DNA from: Deltaproteobacteria bacterium
Lineage (GTDB): Bacteria; Desulfobacterota; Desulfobacteria; Desulfobacterales; UBA11574
Direction of reading: 5' to 3'
Assembly (NCBI GenBank): GCA_019308685.1
Contig: JAFDHQ010000002.1
Location: 1-52,036 of the forward strand
Length of the DNA stretch: 52,036 nt
Every line of letters starts with the position of its first letter. Positions within the stretch are counted from its first letter, which is position 1. The notes beneath the pieces were generated by a model. It was not told the origin of the DNA. It saw nothing but the letters and a program-made list of their open reading frames with translations, and did no database searches. This document shows, piece by piece, positions 35,289 through 43,549 of this stretch. The position numbers were made by a program, and so were the translations under genes.

Positions 35289-36860
35289 GTGATGCATATG
35301 ACTACTGCTTTGGCAAAAGAAGAACAAGGCTGTCTCGATTTTTTAGGGTTATATCACAATCCTTTTCCGGTAGTTCCGGAGGAGGAAAACTTTTATTTTT
35401 CCGAACATATCCAGAAAATCCTAACTGAAATCATCTTCGGGGTTCACGCGAGAAAAGGATTCATGGTTCTAACCGGAGAAGTGGGCCTTGGCAAAACCAC
35501 CATCAGCCGAAGGATAATAAACCTTATCGAAGAAAAAGGGGTTGAGACCTCACTGGTATTTTATACCGGTTTTAAAGACGTCGAACTGATACGGGGAATA
35601 AACCGGGATTTCGGACTGACCGCAGACAGCCTCCTTTTTAGCGATCAAATGCAACTGTTATATGATTTTTTGGTTGAGAAAAATCGTTGTGGAAAAAATT
35701 GTACCATCATTATTGATGATGCACAGAATCTCGATTTTAAAAGTCTTGAACTTATCCGAATGATTTCAAACCTTGAAACCAGTGGGGAAAAACTGGTTCA
35801 AATTTTACTGGTGGGTCAACCGGAACTCATTCATTTGTTGGATTCTAAAGAACTGAGACAGCTCAGGAGTCGAATTGTTATCCAACAAGAGGTGAAAGCA
35901 CTGACACCGGAAGAACTAAAGGACTATCTTTATTTTAAACTGAATCTGGCCGGAAACAGAGGACATATCCGAATTCAAAAGACGGCTTTGAATAAAATCT
36001 ATAAACTGACCCAAGGGAATTTCAGACAGGTTAATCTGTTGATGGACAGGTGTTTGTATGTTGCGTTTCTTCACAACACATTAGAAATTAACAGAAAGAT
36101 TGTTGTCGAAGCCTTTGTTGATCTTCATCCTAAAAAACTGAAACTTCTGAAAAAGCCTCTAACCTTAATGGCATCCATTTTCATTGTGCTGTCCTTATTT
36201 GGCGGAATGGTTTACTCCGGTTTTAGCCGGGATATTTCTTCTACGTCTTCGAACATTAAAACTTATGCCACACCAAAGGATAATAGCGATCGACTGGAAT
36301 TGGGCCCCGCCAAACAAGCTTTGCAAATAACAGATCTCAATCTGGATAAAGAACCGAATGACTTGGGACAACATTCCGTTATTCCCGAGTCTGTGATTAA
36401 TTTTTTGGATGAATATAAACTTTCTAATTATCGAGACCCTTTTTTTGAAGCTTTAGAAACGGGACGGTTTCAAGAGTTAACGGAAGAGATATTCGAAAAA
36501 ACAGGATATATGTTGGTCCGACTGGATCATGTTTCAGATCACATTCAGAACGCATATGGGACCCTCAGGTATGTTTCGAACCTCATAGGCCATCAACAAT
36601 TCTATCTGTTCTGGCGTCCTCCGCTAATATTCACAAAATTTTATTATTATTATCAAGGAGAAGAGATTTTAAAACTCCAAAAGATGATGGCAAAAATTAA
36701 TCTGTATTCCGGTCTTCTCGATGGAATCGTCGGTAAAAAGCTGATGCTGGCGGTCGTGAACTATCAGGAACAGGCGGGACTTTCTGTGACCGGATATCCG
36801 GATGAAAAAACCATTTTCCTTTTATGCCATGAGCTGGAAAATCTAAAAAATGAAACATGA
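35289..36860 (+). CDS. ExeA/GspA/MshM-like AAA ATPase with a C-terminal peptidoglycan-binding domain
   Basis: Walker A GEVGLGKTT and Walker B IIIDDAQ, a central TM (LMASIFIVLSLFGGMVY), and a C-terminal PG_binding_1-like LYSGLLDGIVGKKLMLAVVNYQEQAGLSVTGYPDEKT. Confidence 0.8.
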   Translation: MMHMTTALAKEEQGCLDFLGLYHNPFPVVPEEENFYFSEHIQKILTEIIFGVHARKGFMVLTGEVGLGKTTISRRIINLIEEKGVETSLVFYTGFKDVELIRGINRDFGLTADSLLFSDQMQLLYDFLVEKNRCGKNCTIIIDDAQNLDFKSLELIRMISNLETSGEKLVQILLVGQPELIHLLDSKELRQLRSRIVIQQEVKALTPEELKDYLYFKLNLAGNRGHIRIQKTALNKIYKLTQGNFRQVNLLMDRCLYVAFLHNTLEINRKIVVEAFVDLHPKKLKLLKKPLTLMASIFIVLSLFGGMVYSGFSRDISSTSSNIKTYATPKDNSDRLELGPAKQALQITDLNLDKEPNDLGQHSVIPESVINFLDEYKLSNYRDPFFEALETGRFQELTEEIFEKTGYMLVRLDHVSDHIQNAYGTLRYVSNLIGHQQFYLFWRPPLIFTKFYYYYQGEEILKLQKMMAKINLYSGLLDGIVGKKLMLAVVNYQEQAGLSVTGYPDEKTIFLLCHELENLKNET

Positions 36861-38511
36861 TAAAAAATTAAAGCCCTTGGGTGTGGTTTTAAAGGAAAAG
36901 GGGCTTATTACAGAAGAGTATATCGGGTATGCGTTACAAGAGCAGAAGATCACCCGGGAGAAAATCGGAGAAATATTAGAGCGGCTTGGATTCGTTACCG
37001 AAAACGATATTGTTGTTGCTTTATCTGAACAGAGTGGCGTTCCCTATATTGATGTGGACACCCTTTTGCCCGAAGAAAATATTCTGAAACTTTTCAATAA
37101 AAAAATGTGTCTCAACAATATTTTTCTTCCATTTCGCAAAACAGACAATTTCCTGGAGATCGCAGCACATAATTTGATCGATGAAAAACTCGGGCAGATC
37201 ATTTCAAGACAGACAGGGCTATTACCGAAAATTTATATTTCGGAACGCAGAAAAATTATTCAAGCCATCAACAAATTTTATTATTTTCTTGAAAATCCGG
37301 TTGAAAAACTCATTGAGAAAGAAGTCTACCTTCTTTCCCAGAACGAGGAAATGGCCAGAGGGTTTGATAGTTTAATTAAACATATCTTGCATCTTGCAGT
37401 AAAGATGCGGGCCACGGATATCCATATCAAACCGATGAAACTGTCTACCAATATTGCCTTTAGAGTAGACGGCGTTATAACATCGGTCTTATCCCTGCCG
37501 GTTGCACTGAACAGAATTGTCTCCAGCCTCAAAATGAAAGCAGACATGGATATCGCCGAACAGAGACTGCCACAGGACGGTCGATTTTCGGAAATCATTT
37601 TGAACAATAATTATGATTTCAGGGTGTCCACGATTGTTTCGCCCCTGGGGGAGAGCATGGTTCTTCGCGTCCTTGCCATGGAAAGTTCTGTTATGGGATT
37701 GGAACAGCTCGGCTTCTTTAAAGAACATATCCAAACCATAGAAAAAATGTTCAATGAACCTTTCGGAATAATTTTACTCACCGGGCCCACCGGCTCCGGA
37801 AAGTCGACAACGCTCTTTTCCGGTATCAGAAGACTCAATCTTCTCCAGAAGAATACCATTACCGTTGAGGAGCCCATTGAATTCGATATCCCTTTGCTGC
37901 GGCAAACTCAAGTCAACGAAAAGGCCGGTTACACCTTTGCCAACGCTATCCGTTATTTTTTGCGCCATGATCCGGATGTCATTCTGGTGGGTGAAATACG
38001 GGATTCCGAGACGGCCGCCACTGCTGTTACCGCAGCAATCACAGGCCATCTGGTCCTTTCCACCATGCACACAAACAGTGCGGTTGGAACCATTCCCAGA
38101 TTGATGGATTTAGGTATTCGTCCTTTTTTAATTGCCGACTCCCTTGTCGGGGTGGTGAGCCAGCGACTTGTTCGCAAAATATGCGAGAACTGCAAAACTG
38201 TCTACGCTCCCTCTGAAAATGAGAAGACATATTTAAAAGATCCTGATATTAAAGAACTTTATCAAGGGAAAGGATGTGAATTATGCAGTGGATCAGGTTA
38301 TTTTGGAAGGACTTTGGTGTATGAACTCCTTACCATAGATCAGAAGCTGTCCCAGCTGATTGAGAAGGGAGCTGATTTGAGTGTTGTTTCGCAGTCGGCA
38401 AAAGAATTGGGTTTTGATGATGTTTTTGAAATCACGCGAAATAAAGTGAAACAGGGGGTAACCACAACAGAAGAAGCAACGCGCGCCTTGGGTCACATCA
38501 GACAAATTTAG
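36850..38511 (+). CDS. Type IV filament assembly ATPase (GspE/PilB/MshE family) with an N-terminal MshEN domain
   Basis: Walker A GPTGSGKST, Walker B ILVGEIRD and tetracysteine CENC...CELC. Two tandem 24-residue MshEN motifs at residues 9-32 and 38-61. Confidence 0.93.
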   Translation: MKHDKKLKPLGVVLKEKGLITEEYIGYALQEQKITREKIGEILERLGFVTENDIVVALSEQSGVPYIDVDTLLPEENILKLFNKKMCLNNIFLPFRKTDNFLEIAAHNLIDEKLGQIISRQTGLLPKIYISERRKIIQAINKFYYFLENPVEKLIEKEVYLLSQNEEMARGFDSLIKHILHLAVKMRATDIHIKPMKLSTNIAFRVDGVITSVLSLPVALNRIVSSLKMKADMDIAEQRLPQDGRFSEIILNNNYDFRVSTIVSPLGESMVLRVLAMESSVMGLEQLGFFKEHIQTIEKMFNEPFGIILLTGPTGSGKSTTLFSGIRRLNLLQKNTITVEEPIEFDIPLLRQTQVNEKAGYTFANAIRYFLRHDPDVILVGEIRDSETAATAVTAAITGHLVLSTMHTNSAVGTIPRLMDLGIRPFLIADSLVGVVSQRLVRKICENCKTVYAPSENEKTYLKDPDIKELYQGKGCELCSGSGYFGRTLVYELLTIDQKLSQLIEKGADLSVVSQSAKELGFDDVFEITRNKVKQGVTTTEEATRALGHIRQI

Positions 38512-38517
38512 ATTGGC

Positions 38518-39756
38518 ATGATGAATTACTTCAGATATAAATTGATCGCTCCCAACGGAAAGCCTTCCTCGGGCCTCATTAAACTCCCCTACCAGGATGA
38601 AATTTCTACGGCGTTATATCTGGAAAGAAACGGCAGTATGGCGATCCATGTATCCAAACTGGGGAAGCTTGCATCGCTCTTTTCGAAGTTAAGTTCGTTT
38701 AGACTCTTTAAACGACTGAAGCGCACGGATCAGGTAGAACTGCTCAATAATCTTTCTCTTCTCCTCCGATCCGGCATGCCCTTGACGACCTCACTTGAAG
38801 AAGCTGCACAAGCCACGGAACATCCCGGGCTTGCAAGCAAGGTCCAGGATATTGTGGCCGCTATCCAGGGCGGCATGTCATTTTCAGAAGCAGCAACCAA
38901 ATTCAGCGATATTTTCACGGAAACGGTGATCTGTCTTATCCGAATCGGAGAAGAGACCGGCAGACTCGATGAGATGTTAAAAGATGCATCAGATCATGTT
39001 AACCGCGTTCACACGATTATCAGTGACACCAAAAGAGCGCTTTTGTATCCGGTTTTTGTGTTTGTTTCAATAGGGTTCGGCCTGGCTTTTTGGCTTTACT
39101 ATGTGGTGCCGAAGATTCTTGAGCTTTTTAAAGAAATGAATGTTGCTCTGCCTACAATTACAGTTTATCTTTTAAAAGTATCTGATTTTTTTCAAGACTA
39201 TTTTGTTGGCTTGTTCATGGGATTTTTCCTGACCCTTGTCGGCCTGTTCGCTGCCCGAAAAGGAAGCCGGCAGTTCAGAAAAATCATCGATTGGATAATG
39301 ATCAAGCTTCCTGTCGTCGGAGCTATTGTTACGGCTTCAAATCTTGCCCATATTACAGAATACTTTTCTCTGTTAATGAAAGCCGGAATTAATATCCTGC
39401 AAGCCATAAAAATTTTAAGTGAAAGCGTTAGGAATGAAATATATCGAGACAAGCTCAGCCAAGTCCGGAAAGCCTTAAAAAAAGGGAGTAGTATTTCAGA
39501 AGCCTTTGGGGAGGCCATTGTTTTTCCGACCTTTGTTATACGGATGATAAGTGTCGGCGAAGTCAGTGGAACACTTGAAGATCAGTTGGGCCACATCTCG
39601 GGGGAATACAGTAAACGGCTGTCAAATTTAGTATCAATGATCGGAAAAATGATCGAACCCATCGTCTTGGTAGTGGCCGGTGCAATCTTTGCCGTTATTT
39701 TTTTGGCGCTGCTTCTTCCGGTTTACGATATGGTCAGTCAGGTTGGCGGCATGTAA
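38518..39756 (+). CDS. Type IV filament platform protein (GspF/PilC/MshG family)
   Basis: 412 aa with two GspF repeats (LLRSGMPLTTSLEEAA / LMKAGINILQAIKIL) and 3 TM segments. Confidence 0.9.
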   Translation: MMNYFRYKLIAPNGKPSSGLIKLPYQDEISTALYLERNGSMAIHVSKLGKLASLFSKLSSFRLFKRLKRTDQVELLNNLSLLLRSGMPLTTSLEEAAQATEHPGLASKVQDIVAAIQGGMSFSEAATKFSDIFTETVICLIRIGEETGRLDEMLKDASDHVNRVHTIISDTKRALLYPVFVFVSIGFGLAFWLYYVVPKILELFKEMNVALPTITVYLLKVSDFFQDYFVGLFMGFFLTLVGLFAARKGSRQFRKIIDWIMIKLPVVGAIVTASNLAHITEYFSLLMKAGINILQAIKILSESVRNEIYRDKLSQVRKALKKGSSISEAFGEAIVFPTFVIRMISVGEVSGTLEDQLGHISGEYSKRLSNLVSMIGKMIEPIVLVVAGAIFAVIFLALLLPVYDMVSQVGGM

Positions 39757-39842
39757 GGGGATATTTAATACCATTTGAAATGTTTATGTTTTTAATAACA
39801 AAAGTATTACAAATTATGAAAAACACATTTCATTTTTATAAA

Positions 39843-42545
39843 ATGAGTAAAAATTCAAACCCGAAAGGATTTACTCTCATTGAAATGGCGGTGGTACTGG
39901 TAATCGTGGGAATTATTATATCCATCGTGGCGACGGTTTTGCCTTCTTTGATTAAGTCTTCCAAGATCAAGAAAGCACGGTCCGTATTGGAACAAGTCGA
40001 TTATGCGATCCAGGGATATGTGGCGGCCAATGGGCGACTGCCTTTTGCGGATAAAGGAATCTCCGGGGAAGAAGATTCTGAGACACCCACGTATTTCGGG
40101 AATCTTCCTTTCATTACACTGGGTCTTTCCTCAGGCGATGATGCATGGGGTAACCGATTGAAATATGGTGTGAACGAAGATTTGACAACCACGAACGCTG
40201 GAAACCTGGGGGATGCATTAAAAACAGCATGTTCGGATGATCCGGTGAATCCTGGAAAACTTCACGTAAATATCAACGGCACATTGACACATATGGCGTA
40301 TATTATGGTCAGCGGCGGCTCCAAAGATGAGGATGGCGTCGGCGGGTTTTTCGATGGATTAAACCGGTTTGACGATGCGATTTATGATGATCCAAACCGG
40401 ATCATTGAATCCGGTACTTATGATGACCTGATTATTGCGAAAGCATGCACCGTATTGGCCGGGAGCCAAGGCTACGGTTCAGGAGACGGTAACGGTGATG
40501 ATAACAGCGATGGAACGTCGGAAATCTGTGATACCGATGAAGATGACGATGGTGACGGATATGTTAACTGTGAGGATCAGGATTGTTTCAATGACCCCAT
40601 ATGCGGATCAGGGGAGAATGTTCGGATTATGACCACTTCTATTCCGTCCGGCCATGTAAACAGCAGCTATTCAACGACGATCCATGCAACCGGAGGTACC
40701 ACACCCTATGAATGGACCTTGACCGACGACGGTAATTTTTCCAACCTGTTTCTTCACACCTATCTCGGCCAATTGTCGGGAACACTCGATCAGTGTCCCG
40801 GCACGTATACCATTTCGGTCCAGGTGCAAGACTCTGATACAGACAATGATCCGGATCCTGATCCCAGCAATTTCACCCTACAGGTAACCAGCAACCTGTT
40901 CGTGTCGCGAACCAGCGGGTCCAGCGTAGACATTACATGGAACAGCCCAACCCAGCAGGAAACCTTCCAGGCCAACGGCGGGCATCTTGGAGATATTCAA
41001 TGGACCCTGGATACCGGCGGCGCCACCGGTTTTACGGTATCTTCCACAGGCAGTAATACGTGTACCATCAAAAAAAGCGGCACCACTGATGAGGGGACGT
41101 ATACTTTTACACTAACCGCCACAGATTCCAGCTGTTCAAGCAATACGGCCCAGATAATCCTGAGCATAACCGTGTTGTCCAGCGCCGGTGGTGCACCCTA
41201 TACGGTGGATTTGTCTGCCGAATGGCACATGGACGAATGCAGCTGGGACGGCACATCCGGAGAGGTTCAGGACTCCGGGGGAGAAGGCCTTGATGGGACG
41301 GCGAAAAATGGTGCAACACCCGTGGGTTCCGGACAAATTTGTAATGCAGGATATTTTGACGGGACCAATGATTATTTGGACATGGGCGACATCTTGAACA
41401 ATGTTTTCGGCACCGGCAGTAATTCGTTTACTGTGGCTGCATGGATCCGGCCCTTTTCCTTAAGCGGCTCTCAAACAAATCATAGGACCCAAAACTGTTT
41501 CGTGGCCAAAGCCTCAGACTCCGATAACGACAATTTTGAAATGGGTGTCAACACCAATGGCACCATTCATGTGTATATTGATACCTCAGGACAGGACAAG
41601 TACGCTGACTTTGGTGTGGCCGACAGTATCGGTGTGGGGGTCTGGAGTTTTGTGGTTGTGACGTATGACAGTGGTGTTGTGGCTGTGACCATTAACGGCA
41701 GTCGATACGAAAACACAAGCACCTGGAGTGGCGGAGGGAATCTGGATACCGCTTCAGGCAGCCTGTTTAGCATTGGCAGTTCCCAGCATATCGACAACTA
41801 CTTTTTCGGTAAGATCGATGAAGTCATGGTCTATTCCAAGGCGTTGACCGATGCAGAGATAACCAGCCTCTACACCTTGACCCACACCTGTTCAGGATCG
41901 TGCTACACCGGGCCAACGGCCGTTTATTACATGGACGAGAGCATCTGGAACGCGGGGACGCCTGGTGACGTCAAGGATTCATCCGGTAATGGCTATCATG
42001 GTACACCCTATGGAAGTGCGGCGATCAATACCGCTGACAGCCATATCGGGAATTCCGGGGAATTTACCAGCAGCAACGGCACCATCGATATCACAGGTCT
42101 TCCGGTCTCAACCGCTTCCGGAGATCAAACCACGGTGACGTTTTGGATGAAATGGCTGGGCGGTAACAGCCAGATGCCCATCGGGTGGACCTCCTATGAT
42201 CTCTGGTTCGAAGGTGACCGTTTTGGTTTTAATACCGCGGGGGGAGATATATACGGATTTACCGGAGCATCTGCAAAGCTTGCAAATAACTGGCACCATA
42301 TTGCTGCGATATTTACCAACAGCGGCACAACCCAAAACAGTCTTTTCATCGACGGTGTGGAACAGTCCCTGAGCACGGTTCGAGGATCGGGTCATGGAAA
42401 CCGGACGGTGGGTTCAAGTTTCAGGATCAGCGGATGGATGAATAATTCAAGTTATAAGTTAAACGGCCTGATCGATGAACTCAGAATATACAACAGAGGT
42501 CTGTCTGCCAGCGAAGTTTCGGACGACAAGGATTTAACCCATTAA
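39843..42545 (+). CDS. Giant prepilin-adhesin fusion: class III signal and pilin head, Cys/Asp-rich module, Ig-like repeats and two LamG (concanavalin-like) domains
   Basis: MSKNSNPKG|FTLIEMAVVLVIVGIIISIV. CDTDEDDDGDGYVNCEDQDCFNDPIC at about 40470-40615. He_PIG-like IPSGHVNSSYSTTIHATGGTTPYEWTL. LamG-like blocks at about 41195-41900 and 41915-42545 (FDGTNDYLDMG ... GKIDEVMVYSKALTDAEI; NGLIDELRIYNRGLSASEV). The start is ambiguous among 39780, 39816 and 39843. Confidence 0.85.
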   Translation: MSKNSNPKGFTLIEMAVVLVIVGIIISIVATVLPSLIKSSKIKKARSVLEQVDYAIQGYVAANGRLPFADKGISGEEDSETPTYFGNLPFITLGLSSGDDAWGNRLKYGVNEDLTTTNAGNLGDALKTACSDDPVNPGKLHVNINGTLTHMAYIMVSGGSKDEDGVGGFFDGLNRFDDAIYDDPNRIIESGTYDDLIIAKACTVLAGSQGYGSGDGNGDDNSDGTSEICDTDEDDDGDGYVNCEDQDCFNDPICGSGENVRIMTTSIPSGHVNSSYSTTIHATGGTTPYEWTLTDDGNFSNLFLHTYLGQLSGTLDQCPGTYTISVQVQDSDTDNDPDPDPSNFTLQVTSNLFVSRTSGSSVDITWNSPTQQETFQANGGHLGDIQWTLDTGGATGFTVSSTGSNTCTIKKSGTTDEGTYTFTLTATDSSCSSNTAQIILSITVLSSAGGAPYTVDLSAEWHMDECSWDGTSGEVQDSGGEGLDGTAKNGATPVGSGQICNAGYFDGTNDYLDMGDILNNVFGTGSNSFTVAAWIRPFSLSGSQTNHRTQNCFVAKASDSDNDNFEMGVNTNGTIHVYIDTSGQDKYADFGVADSIGVGVWSFVVVTYDSGVVAVTINGSRYENTSTWSGGGNLDTASGSLFSIGSSQHIDNYFFGKIDEVMVYSKALTDAEITSLYTLTHTCSGSCYTGPTAVYYMDESIWNAGTPGDVKDSSGNGYHGTPYGSAAINTADSHIGNSGEFTSSNGTIDITGLPVSTASGDQTTVTFWMKWLGGNSQMPIGWTSYDLWFEGDRFGFNTAGGDIYGFTGASAKLANNWHHIAAIFTNSGTTQNSLFIDGVEQSLSTVRGSGHGNRTVGSSFRISGWMNNSSYKLNGLIDELRIYNRGLSASEVSDDKDLTH

Positions 42546-42614
42546 ACACGGAAATCATCTTGGCCTGCTTTTTCTTGACACATAACAAAATTTCTCATAG
42601 AGGGAGAGTGTGAT

Positions 42615-42928
42615 ATGAAGGTGCATTTAAAATTTGATAAATCGGATCCTAAGGACACACGTTTTACAGTGGTTATTGATGACGCGCCTTGTGGACGGCT
42701 GTCCATGACGACCGAAGATGCCGTTAGAGTGGCTGATATCGTCAAATCAGGGTGCTCACAGTATCAATGCGATTTTGAATCTTCCGGCAAGTTATACAGA
42801 TCCGAAAGTTTTGTGGTCTGGCATAAAGTTTTGTGGTCTGGCATAAAAGGAGTGGTAAGGAAAGAAGGAGCGGACAGGATCGAAGGAAGAGCCAAGATCG
42901 AAGAAGCGGTAAAGACAGGAGAAATTAA
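42615..42928 (+). CDS. Small protein with a C-terminal DRR-repeat tail. Its reading frame is broken by a 20-bp tandem duplication, so as sequenced it reads through into the next gene.
   Basis: RBS GGGAGAG precedes the ATG at 42615. Removing one 20-bp copy gives ...VVWHKRSGKERRSGQDRRKSQDRRSGKDRRN* with the stop at 42926-42928. Confidence 0.5.
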
Positions 42929-42938
42929 CGGAGGGCTT

Positions 42939-43426
42939 ATGGAAATCAAGACGGTCAAGATTGAAAAAACTGATGATTTGAATATGATCTTAGGACATTC
43001 TCACTTTATCAAGACGGTCGAAGATGTCTATGAGGCCATTGTCAATACCGTGCCGGGAGCGAAATTCGGTCTGGCATTTTGTGAAGCTTCGGGTCCGTGT
43101 CTGGTGAGATATACCGGCACAGATAATGATTTGATTGAATTGGCAAAAAAAAATGCCTATAACCTTTCGGCCGGTCACAGTTTTATCATTTTTATGAAAG
43201 ACATGTTATGTTTCCCGTAAATGTTTTGAATACGATCAAGAACGTTCCGGAAGTCTGCAGAATTATTTGCGCCACGGCCAATCCTGTGGAAGTCTTGCTT
43301 GTAGAAACAGAGCTGGGACGAGGAATCGTGGGTGTTATTGACGGATTTCGCTCAGAAGGAATTGAAACCGAAGAGGATATTACGGAACGAAAGGAGTTTT
43401 TGCGGACCATCGGGTATAAGCAGTAA
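42939..43426 (+). CDS. Adenosine-specific kinase family protein (PF04008-like), frameshifted by a 5-bp tandem duplication
   Basis: [57 protein letters not shown]...[11 protein letters not shown] continues as [29 protein letters not shown]...GVIDGF in the other frame. RBS GGAGGG precedes the ATG at 42939. Confidence 0.8.
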
Positions 43427-43478
43427 ACCGACAAAAGTGCCTAAAGTTTGAAGTGAGCTAAAGTAAACTAAAATTGAG

Positions 43479-43505
43479 GACTGCGCTTTCAGCGCAGTAA
43501 TTTTA
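43479..43505. terminator. Bidirectional terminator hairpin between convergent genes
   Basis: ACTGCGCT-TTC-AGCGCAGT is a perfect 8-bp stem flanked by A/T runs. Confidence 0.6.
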
Positions 43506-43549
43506 AAAATGGCACTTTAGCTCATTTTAGCTCACTTCAAACTTCTTTA

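Noticed and set aside
29330-42614. Filament cluster as a mobile genomic island
   Set aside because: No integrase, transposase, flanking tRNA or direct repeats are visible at the borders. Only a by-eye impression of lower GC supports the idea, so the island status is left open.
42615-43220. 201-aa ORF as a genuine fusion protein
   Set aside because: It exists only because of the 20-bp duplication upstream, and it ends because of the 5-bp duplication. An internal RBS and ATG at 42939, and the family-typical start [10 protein letters not shown], indicate two separate genes.
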